DNA of 64,000 nt from a virus. A program made the translations under genes and the position numbers. The notes below the pieces were generated by a model. That model searched no databases. It saw only the letters and a program-made list of their open reading frames with translations, and was not told where the DNA came from. This document shows positions 49,722-58,700 of this stretch, piece by piece (position 1 is the stretch's first letter; the number at the start of each line of letters is the position of its first letter). The DNA is taken from positions 83,989-147,988 of the IMG/VR virus record IMGVR_UViG_3300009314_000003. One strand, given 5' to 3'.

Positions 49722-49854
49722 ACCTAAGGTCTACCCGGACCACAGTACTATCAGCCTGGACAATTTTGTAGGCCTGCTCTACAACCCGAGCATCAACCTT
49801 AGTATCACATACGATACAAAGTGGACTGATTATAACAGTAGTATCCTTACGCAT
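49675..49854 (-). CDS. small CxxC-CxxC zinc-binding protein
   Basis: CIVC ... CGKC; overlaps both the AAA and vWA genes. Confidence 0.55.
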   Translation of the reverse strand: MRKDTTVIISPLCIVCDTKVDARVVEQAYKIVQADSTVVRVDLRCGKCEAEKQRSYYER

Positions 49855-51307
49855 CCCTGTAGACAACCGAAGCTGGGATACGAATCCCGAACTTAGTCTC
49901 CAAACGATTAGCCACATCATCTCTGACATGGGGATCGGGGATAGGATTAATCAGATGATCAATGGATGATTCCATCCATGCCGAAGAGGTGTTACCGTAG
50001 ATACAAGCAGTCCATATCCAATTAGCCACGGCGGTGTAACCAAAGTCGAAACCAAGTCCGTTACCATCTTTAGATGGCTTATTCAGTAACTTAAAACACT
50101 GAACACCCCGGTCCAGGTTAATTGCCTTTGGAAGCTCTGGATACTCCCCCAGAAGCTTACTGTACACCGGTTTCTTCTTTATAATAGCATGGAACACCTT
50201 CTTAATAAAGCCTACCTTATCGGAGTAATCATGATACACCATGGTTACCCGACGGGCCTCAGCATTACTAAGTCGCTTTAAATCATCAACCAAGTAACGG
50301 TCTGAAGTAATTGGGTTTGCCGTCATCAGAAATTGAATATGGCTGAAATCTACCTGATTCATTACCTCTCCATTCTTGGAGGATTCTATGCGGTAGTAAC
50401 GATCCTCATCAGAGAAGAGCCTGTAGAACTCTCTCCGCGTTTCATCTGAGAATGCATTATACTCCTCTAACACGACGATACCCTTGAGACCAAGTTCCTT
50501 GGTTTTGCGAGCAAATGTGGTAAGAGTTCCCTCCAGGACAAAAGTACCATCGGCGTCGAAATCATCACGATCAAAGAGACGATCTCCTTCAGTCCTAGCA
50601 TTGGCATCAATTATAAGCCCAGCCATCCCTCTATCTTGCGCACGAGATAGAATATAACGGGCCAGGTATGATTTACCTACCCCCGTTGGGCCAACCATAG
50701 CAACACAAGGTGTTCCTTCGGCCAGATAACCAAACACCTTAGCTAGAACAGGTTTCTCGGGCACAATTGATTTTGGTGGGACAACCCTGTATTCCTCCGG
50801 GATATCAGCCTTTGTTTTATTCATTGATTGCGCCATTATCTGAATAACCTTCTCAGTCATATCCTCGCCATGAAGAGTCATATCCTGTGGAACATAATCC
50901 TCCATACTTACTCTTTTTTCCAGGAACTCACTTGAAAGCCGTGAGCGGTCTATGTCCTCTACCTGATTGAGAATAGTATCTGAGGCTGCGCATTGAGCGT
51001 ACTTAATCTCTGAGGAGATACAAAGTTCGTCCAGGGAGATAACTCCTTCCATATACCGTTTTATAGTATCACCATTTATATCAATAGTGAAGTCACAATC
51101 ATCAGGCTCAGAGCGCCCCATCAAAACGAAGGGAGCGTCCTCTCTAACATTATTATCATCATTACCATCGGTATCAGCTTGTTTAAATCGGTATTGAATA
51201 GTCACATCCCGTGTTCCACTTCCATCCGCCAAAGGCAAATCACGTATATGAACTGAAGGAAGAGAAGCGCTCAACAATGCTTTCTTCATTTTGTCTTTCT
51301 TTGTCAT
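49847..51307 (-). CDS. MoxR/CbbQ-like AAA+ ATPase
   Basis: Walker A GPTGVGKS, Walker B VVLEEYN, sensor MTANP, LSNAEARR; adjacent to the vWA gene. Confidence 0.85.
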   Translation of the reverse strand: MTKKDKMKKALLSASLPSVHIRDLPLADGSGTRDVTIQYRFKQADTDGNDDNNVREDAPFVLMGRSEPDDCDFTIDINGDTIKRYMEGVISLDELCISSEIKYAQCAASDTILNQVEDIDRSRLSSEFLEKRVSMEDYVPQDMTLHGEDMTEKVIQIMAQSMNKTKADIPEEYRVVPPKSIVPEKPVLAKVFGYLAEGTPCVAMVGPTGVGKSYLARYILSRAQDRGMAGLIIDANARTEGDRLFDRDDFDADGTFVLEGTLTTFARKTKELGLKGIVVLEEYNAFSDETRREFYRLFSDEDRYYRIESSKNGEVMNQVDFSHIQFLMTANPITSDRYLVDDLKRLSNAEARRVTMVYHDYSDKVGFIKKVFHAIIKKKPVYSKLLGEYPELPKAINLDRGVQCFKLLNKPSKDGNGLGFDFGYTAVANWIWTACIYGNTSSAWMESSIDHLINPIPDPHVRDDVANRLETKFGIRIPASVVYRDA

Positions 51308-51308
51308 T

Positions 51309-52508
51309 TTATACCTTTATGTATCCACCGGCTTCCAGGGCAGCAAAAGTAGCTGCTGTAAGTGCTGAATAGGGATCTGCATCTCTACCCCAGAAGCCGT
51401 CATTAAATGCCTTGAGCTGTCTCATATAACGATAAGCTCTTTTCGTGTTTCTGTTGCGTATTTCCTTGTATACCTGACGGCGCAGAAACTTTACAGCCGC
51501 CATAGCTATTGAACGTGCGTCTACGCCCTGTTTGCGATCAAACTCCTTGTCAAGAATATTAAAGGCCGCCAAAGCCTTACCGTCTACAAGAGCCCACATG
51601 TACTTAGTGAAGGTTGTGGTATCCCCAACAGGACCGGCTACAATATCCTTCATGGCGGTAGCAGTAATGCAGCCCTCCTTGCTTGGTTTAATACTTTCCA
51701 TCACCAAGTTTAAATTGGACAAGGCTACCCTAACGTCATATTCTGCTGCTCGCATAATGAATTTCAAGCCCTCTAGCTCCACATACGGAAAGCCATTCTT
51801 ATGTTCATTCCATGCAATATCTTTCATCACATGAAGTAGATCCTCGCTCTGCCAGGTACTAATCTGCAAATGTGAAACTCTACCCCTGAGGGCCATACTG
51901 TCTGCCAGTTTTCCAGGCTCTGCAGTTAAGAACATGACAAATACTCTGCTAAGGGTATTTTCCACGGGTTTCAGAAGAGCCTCACGTTGTTGTTTTGTTA
52001 GATTATGTGCCTCCTCAAAGACAATAAACTTGTATCGGCCTTCAAGGCTACTACTGGTGGTCATATCCTCCTTAATCACGTTTACAATGTCCTCCTTTCT
52101 CATAGAGGCAACATCATAATACAGGAAGGCGAAATGTTTGGAGATTAAACCTCTCCTCATAATACTCCTACAACTTCTACATTGAAGACAGGGTTCGATA
52201 TCCCCGCCATATCTCTTAGATGGTTGTGGATCAAGACAATTCATACTCATTGCTATTATCATAGCAAGTGAGGTCTTACCTGTACCCGGTTGACCTGATA
52301 TCAACCAAACGCGCTGTGCAAGAACACCATCATGTCGTACCAATTGTCTGGCAATGGCATCACCGGCTATCATATTGGGCCCATGTAACTCAGCAAACCT
52401 CATAGGTCTATACACCTGAGCCAGAGAGCCTTCTCCACGCCTAACAACCTTGGGTGTGTAATCCTTGTATCGTTTTATACCTGTCTTGTTCTTCTGTGTC
52501 ACACTCAC
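51309..52508 (-). CDS. dnaX: DNA polymerase III gamma/tau-like clamp loader subunit
   Basis: LAQVYRPMRFAEL, GQPGTGKTSLA, Zn module (MNC...PCLQCRSC), EEAHNLT..Q.EALLKPVE. Confidence 0.85.
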   Translation of the reverse strand: MSVTQKNKTGIKRYKDYTPKVVRRGEGSLAQVYRPMRFAELHGPNMIAGDAIARQLVRHDGVLAQRVWLISGQPGTGKTSLAMIIAMSMNCLDPQPSKRYGGDIEPCLQCRSCRSIMRRGLISKHFAFLYYDVASMRKEDIVNVIKEDMTTSSSLEGRYKFIVFEEAHNLTKQQREALLKPVENTLSRVFVMFLTAEPGKLADSMALRGRVSHLQISTWQSEDLLHVMKDIAWNEHKNGFPYVELEGLKFIMRAAEYDVRVALSNLNLVMESIKPSKEGCITATAMKDIVAGPVGDTTTFTKYMWALVDGKALAAFNILDKEFDRKQGVDARSIAMAAVKFLRRQVYKEIRNRNTKRAYRYMRQLKAFNDGFWGRDADPYSALTAATFAALEAGGYIKV

Positions 52509-52852
52509 TTTCCTTTCATTAAAATACCTGCCACAGTTCCTGGGGGTACTGTGTATTGTGTTTTGGATGTTGACTGAGTGAAAGATGAATCCGTTACGGT
52601 ACTATACCCATTAGCCTCTTTTGCCCGTCGCTTGCTCTCCAGAATATCTTTAGCATTGCTTAGTAAGGATCCTTTATACAGTGGTTGAGATCTACCCTGA
52701 GCACCAATGCGACCCCAAATAGCATAAACTTCATAAGGGTGGGGGTCACTTCCTCTCTCCAGAAGCTTAAGTTCGTAAAACTTATTATGATTTTTGCTGC
52801 TATCTACCAAGTGACCACGCCACTTAACCAGCAGAGATATTACAGCTGTCAT
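52505..52852 (-). CDS. stand-alone WGR domain protein
   Basis: NHNKFYEL...VYAIWGRIGAQG...K.ANGY. Confidence 0.9.
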   Translation of the reverse strand: MTAVISLLVKWRGHLVDSSKNHNKFYELKLLERGSDPHPYEVYAIWGRIGAQGRSQPLYKGSLLSNAKDILESKRRAKEANGYSTVTDSSFTQSTSKTQYTVPPGTVAGILMKGK

Positions 52853-55064
52853 ATACCTTGTTCCTCTTCTTTCTAAAAGCTTCTTCCAGACGCGTGGCTA
52901 GAAGAGTCTTACGCTCCTTTACGGTGTTATTTTGTACAGCACGGGTTACTACTTTTCTCGGAGCCATCAGAATACAAATCTTTTTCCCTCGAGTTAGGGC
53001 AGTGTAAAGCAGGTTACGGCTCATCAACCGCATAGCGGCCCATTCATCAGGCATGACAATAATAATAGCATCAAATTCTGAGCCTTGAACTTTATGGACT
53101 GACGATCCATAGGCCAGGCGTAGCTGATCAACATCCTTCAAGTCATAAAGTACTACCTGACTATCATAGGCAACATTAAAGTACCCCTTATCCATAGTAC
53201 TTCCCTTCTCAACGGACGTAATCCGGCCAATGTCTCCATTGAAAACGTTCTTGTCATAATCATTAACTATTTGCATGACGCGGTCACCAACCCGGAATTG
53301 TACCCTGCTGGAAGGAATTAACTTACCACCAGGATTAATTAGGTCCTGTAAAACCCTATTTAAGTTGGTGGCATTAAACTGTCCCAAGTCCTTTCGTAGG
53401 GGAGAGACAACAAATATATTGTCTGGCCCCGTGTTGTAGTGAGTTGGTATAAAGTCCATTATTGTCTTCTTGATAACCCGCATGTTGAGAGTCTCGGTCC
53501 ATATAAAATCCTTATCTCGACCTCCCTTGTCCAACTGAGGATCTCCAGTGTTTACCCGTTGTGCGTTTCTGACAATCAGGCTCTTTCGCCCCTGTCTATA
53601 TAGTTCTACCAACTTAGTATATGGAATAAAACTTGATTCCAACATATCATTGAGGACGTTACCCATACCGATGGACGGTAATTGATCAGGATCACCAATT
53701 ATAACCAGCTTCATGTCATAAGTCATGGCAGATAAAAGGGATCTCATAAGCCTACAAGTCACCATAGAAGATTCATCAAGTATAACCACATCGGTCTCTA
53801 GTGGGTTCTTGGCATTTCTCTTAAACATTCCTTCCCCCGAGGGGGAAAACTCCAGAAGGCGGTGTATAGTCTTAGCCTCCATCCCCGTGGCTTCTGTCAT
53901 CCTCTTAGCAGCGCGCCCTGTGGGAGCACAAAGTAATAGCCGCTGGCCCATTTTCTTATATACATGAATAATAGCTCCCACCACCGTGGTCTTACCAGTT
54001 CCCGGCTGGCCGGTAATAATACTGGTACCGCTTAATAAGGCCCTACGCACGGCTTTCCGCTGATCACGGTTGAACACCACTCCCATTTTGGATTCGTAAT
54101 CACTAACATACTTATCAATATCTTTAACGGTAAGATTATCATTCCCCTGTTGTTCATTGAACAGTAGTAGATCAATCAATTTATTAGCTATCTCCAGCTC
54201 AGCCATATACAAATCAGTTAAATGAATACCATATACACTCGTTACAATATGATTAGCATCACTGAGGTATTTAATGGTCTTCTCAATCCTGTCCTCATCC
54301 ATCTGGAGATCTATATCCAGTATGGACTCAGTAACTGCAACAAGATCCTCCCGGCTCATATAGGTATGCCCGGCATTATCATCCTCGAGACAGTATAAAA
54401 ACCCCGCTGCTATACGACGTACTGAATCCTTATCAATTCCTACGAACCGCGCAAACGCGTCGGCCCTCCTAAAACCAATTCCTCTGATATTTATCAGAAG
54501 ATATGGATTCTCCCTTAACTTATTAACTGAATCATCCGGAAACTGGTTTGCGATCCGCTCTACCATATAAGCCGAGAAACCAGAATCTACAAGCCACCCA
54601 ATTATATCCATGCGGCCCATATAGGTAGACATTGTACTCCAGAGTAGTTCTGCCTTGCCCTTCCCAATACCAGGAACATCCAGTAGTATGGGGGACTTCC
54701 TTTCCAGGACTGTAAGGGTGTTCTTCCCAAAGGTGTTCACTAGCTTATCCGCAATATGCGGGCCAATACCGTGAAAAACCCCTCCAGAAAGTAACCTCCG
54801 TATGGTTGCCTTGTCCGTGGGTAATGCTTTACGATGCTTGCGCACCATAAACTGCTTCCCGTACTTTTGACTATAGTCGAAGTCTCCTTCGAGATGAAGA
54901 AATTCGCCTACTTTGATAGAGTGAAAATGGCCCACAATTCTAGCTAAAGTGGATCTGTTAGACCTCCCACTGCCGCTACAATAACGAAGCGCACCTGTTG
55001 TCCAGCCATTAATTTCATTTCGAAAGGTTATACTCTCTACTGTTCCCTCAATAGATGTTACCAC
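52824..55064 (-). CDS. recD2: RecD2 (RecD/TraA family) SF1B helicase
   Basis: HhH (GIGPHIA, PGIGKGKA), ITGQPGTGKTT, APTGRAAKR, DESSM, GDPDQLPSIG, LAYGSSVHKVQGSEF, LLYTALTRGK. Confidence 0.95.
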   Translation of the reverse strand: MVTSIEGTVESITFRNEINGWTTGALRYCSGSGRSNRSTLARIVGHFHSIKVGEFLHLEGDFDYSQKYGKQFMVRKHRKALPTDKATIRRLLSGGVFHGIGPHIADKLVNTFGKNTLTVLERKSPILLDVPGIGKGKAELLWSTMSTYMGRMDIIGWLVDSGFSAYMVERIANQFPDDSVNKLRENPYLLINIRGIGFRRADAFARFVGIDKDSVRRIAAGFLYCLEDDNAGHTYMSREDLVAVTESILDIDLQMDEDRIEKTIKYLSDANHIVTSVYGIHLTDLYMAELEIANKLIDLLLFNEQQGNDNLTVKDIDKYVSDYESKMGVVFNRDQRKAVRRALLSGTSIITGQPGTGKTTVVGAIIHVYKKMGQRLLLCAPTGRAAKRMTEATGMEAKTIHRLLEFSPSGEGMFKRNAKNPLETDVVILDESSMVTCRLMRSLLSAMTYDMKLVIIGDPDQLPSIGMGNVLNDMLESSFIPYTKLVELYRQGRKSLIVRNAQRVNTGDPQLDKGGRDKDFIWTETLNMRVIKKTIMDFIPTHYNTGPDNIFVVSPLRKDLGQFNATNLNRVLQDLINPGGKLIPSSRVQFRVGDRVMQIVNDYDKNVFNGDIGRITSVEKGSTMDKGYFNVAYDSQVVLYDLKDVDQLRLAYGSSVHKVQGSEFDAIIIVMPDEWAAMRLMSRNLLYTALTRGKKICILMAPRKVVTRAVQNNTVKERKTLLATRLEEAFRKKRNKVYDSCNISAG

Positions 55065-55516
55065 GGTAGGTCATCACCAGGATGGGAAGGGACCTTCTTT
55101 ACACTACTATGGTCATTACCATCCTCATGGTCCTCAGCATCACAAGTGATCTTCAGTTGACCATTATCACTATCTGCTAAGGCTGACGGAAGTAATACAG
55201 AGGGCGAAACCTCTAATATCTCCGCGGCAGCAAACAGATTAGAGAGGAGAGGATGTTTCTTGTTCCCATTCTCATAATGACGAACCGTACTCTCTGACAA
55301 CCCCATACTATCTGCTAGCTCTCTTACGGTATAACCACGATCCTCACGAAACGCCCGCAGGCGCTCACCAAATGGAGCCGAGGGAGATACCAGAGCACTG
55401 TTGTCCACAGTTTTCACCATCTGTGAAAGCGTTCCAAGTGAGATGGTAATAGACACATCATTCTCAAGAACGTTATCCGGTAACTGCTGTAGCAGTTCTC
55501 GTATTTTACTCATCAT
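55058..55516 (-). CDS. XRE-family HTH regulator
   Basis: FGERLRAFREDRGYTVRELADSMGLSESTVRHYENG; AAGGAGG RBS. Confidence 0.9.
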   Translation of the reverse strand: MMSKIRELLQQLPDNVLENDVSITISLGTLSQMVKTVDNSALVSPSAPFGERLRAFREDRGYTVRELADSMGLSESTVRHYENGNKKHPLLSNLFAAAEILEVSPSVLLPSALADSDNGQLKITCDAEDHEDGNDHSSVKKVPSHPGDDLPW

Positions 55517-55703
55517 GTTTCCTCCTTGTTATGAATTTGTAAGGTACCCTAACAGCGGTCTTAACTGGGAAAACAGAACTCTGACTGTCTTTCCATAACG
55601 GGTGTTCCGACCGGTCTAGCGAACGAATCAGATAGGAGAAATGATAAAAATAATGATCGGCCGGGCAGGGATTCTGGTTTGGTACCTACCTACTACAATC
55701 CCT

Positions 55704-55778
55704 TGTTCGGTAATTAACTTCTAGATTATATAAGTATTTCTACCTCAGAATTTATTTATCTCAGCACAAATGTTCGGT
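55704..55778 (-). promoter_or_regulatory. putative promoter (-10 TATAAT) bracketed by ACCGAACA direct repeats
   Basis: TATAAT at 55725-55730 (-); TGTTCGGT at 55704-55711 and 55771-55778 (+); no clear -35. Confidence 0.35.
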
Positions 55779-55794
55779 CAGTTACCTCTGCAAC

Positions 55795-58700
55795 TTATAT
55801 CTCACAGGCATCTCCATCGCAAAACTTATCTGGGATTATCTCATGGTCCTTCATCCTACCAAATCGCAGTGGTTTTAACTTGCTTATCATATTATTGTAT
55901 GTGTCCTCATCTATCTCTTCATAAGGCATCTGTTTATAGGCCCCACCTGGTATACGGGGCAGAAACGTAACAGCCTTCAACTGATACTGAAAGTACTCAA
56001 GTGCCTGCTTTAAACATGGCCCCTCTGTAACAGGGTCAAATTGAACAGTTGCACTGACACTTTGATCAGCCCAATATCTCTGCGCCAACGCTGCGAGGCT
56101 AAGCTGTTCCCACATAGAAACATCGCGGCCAGTACGAACACTCTTACCAGCGTCAACTGGAAACTCTACAACAACAGTCGTGTCTCCACCATCAGTTGCT
56201 TTCTCAACTTTATAACCAGCTGCTCTTATGGGCCCTAATAAATCACTATCCTTAGCCATTCTTACTCTACGTACATAAAAGCGCGACATTGGGAAATGGA
56301 TTCCTGGTGTACTTCCGGCCAATAGAGAAACCGATCCAGAGGGCTTGACGACGGTTGATTTAATAGACCTGGGAACTGCTAGCCAGTCCGAGTAAACCTT
56401 GTCATAATACTGAATTGTCTCATACCCGGTGGACATCCATTCCTTTAATTCATTAACGCTATGCTTAGCAAGAAACTGGGCCAGTCCGCTAATACTACAT
56501 CCTATACGCCTATTTCTAAGCATGACTCTATTACTCATTGGCCAGTGTGTGTTAACAAGCGTGACGGTTTTGGAATATAGATAAGCATACTTCAATGTTC
56601 GTTTCATATCCTCTATATCATCGTGTCTTGAAGGAAACACCTCTACAAGATTGCATAATTCTCCACCTCCTTCCAGAGTTGCCTCTCCACAGTTATGAAC
56701 AACGAAACCGTTAGCGTCAAAGGCATGTGCCTTGTTTACAACAGCATCGTACACACGTTCCATATTGTCTGGCTCAATCGAAGCCACCCTAACCACGAAT
56801 CGGCTCCGATTTAGTCTGCGTTTGTAACCAACCAGCAATTTGCGAAGTCGGTTGGCCTTGTCGGTGTGATTAAACCCCACATTCTGTTCAAAGAGGGCCA
56901 AATTATCACCTGATATAACCAGTTCGTGATTGGTCCTTGTCCAATATTTCTTCAACTCGCCATTACCATCAGGAAGGTATTTGTATCCCTCTTCTCTACG
57001 ATCCTGGTAGATAGTTGACATTATACCTATCCGAAGCAACATCCTCTGGATGACATTCAAGGTAACAAGATCAGATTGGCTAAGCCTTATGCTCACACCC
57101 TTACTATGAGTTCCCTGCACTGATCCAGCCACATCAAACATCCCTCTTATAAAACCGATATGGAATTTGCTGCTGGTATACTCTACGCCTTGGTCAAGAT
57201 GCTTATGCCCTTTGTGAATTCCAAATTGACCGGCTAGTGAACACAGAGAGGTCATACGAATTTTATTGGTCAGATAACCATTACCTACCCGAAGGCCCAG
57301 CAAGTAACCTTCCCCCTCTGTTCCTCTTCCTTCCCACTCATTCCGATCACGGTGGTTATTCATTACCAACATGTCACCAGGCCTCAACCTGCCTGCCCTT
57401 ACCCACTCAGAATATACTTTCTTCTGTGTGACTTTATTGGCCCTTAGAACTTTATGGTTATCAGTTACTCTGAGATGATACCCCTCTTTTGTCTCTATTC
57501 GCAGCACGTTTCTAACACCAGTGCTGAAGAAACCAGTTTGGCACTCATACTGCTCGGAGTTAACTATAGCCCTAAATGGCTTGCCGATTAACTCCGATAC
57601 TTGTTTTGGTCCGGCTTCTGTGCTAATCAGAGTATCTCCGGTGACGCAAGGATTGCAGCCCATCACACGGGAGTCCTCACGAGTACGGCCATTATTCATT
57701 AAACCATAATCACGCATATTATCCAACCAGACAAGCCCAGGTTCACCATTTCTCCGTATCCTATCACAAATTGGTCCATAATCAATACCAGGCCTAACTA
57801 CAACAGAATTATTACTACTCCACCCAAACGACTCCCTGTAGGGGTTAATATCGTAGTTCTTCAAATCTAGGTACTCGTCCTTATTACATGGGCCGAGGCT
57901 GAGAAGCGCACTGTTATGAACTAATAGACCGTCTTGAATAATAAATTCATTTGCTCCGGGAACACTAATATCGTATGTCGGTAATACTTTTCCTGTTAAT
58001 TCTATCTTAATTACTTCAATAGGAATTAGAGTTGTTGTTTCGTCTGAATAATGATCATAGGCAGAAGTTACAATTTGTTTACACGAGAGAGTCCCTGAAC
58101 GAGATCTAAACCCCTTCATTAGCTGTTTATCTTGCTTTAACCACTCAGTAGGATACCCGTAATCGTGTTGAGAACACTTCAAGCCCTTAGTTTGAATTCT
58201 ATATTTAATAGCGTACTCTGCCACCTTATCTTCAAACACTGATTCAGCAATTGGGCCTACTACATTTAAATTAAATATATCTTGCCACGAGTCATTGCGG
58301 GATGGGAACGTACCATCTTTAAGGCGGGTTGGAATACCCAAACTAGCATACACCGACTGTACTTCTCTCAAGAATACATGATAAACACTTGTTACCGCAT
58401 TTAATGGACGTGTTTTACAACCCCCATCGGCATCAAACAGGCCGGCTAAGTACGCTGCACGAATTTTAGGACGCCCTTGCATAATAAAATCAGGCACACG
58501 CATGGGCTCATTAGGCTTCTTAATTTGGCTCAAGTATAGGGCCAATTGTTTAGACTGGGATCTAATCTTTATAGACCCATCTTTAGATGATGGCTTAACT
58601 TCGTTAATCTTAGTACCAAAGCGTAGTATTTGCGATCTCACTTTATGGTGCATTCCATACTCATCACCTGGACAAGCAATTGAAATGTGTGCATTAAATC

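Noticed and set aside
55517-55794. Cobalamin riboswitch linked to nrdJ
   Set aside because: The region is downstream of nrdJ and lacks the conserved B12-box elements; only a superficial GGTACCC...GGGAA match.
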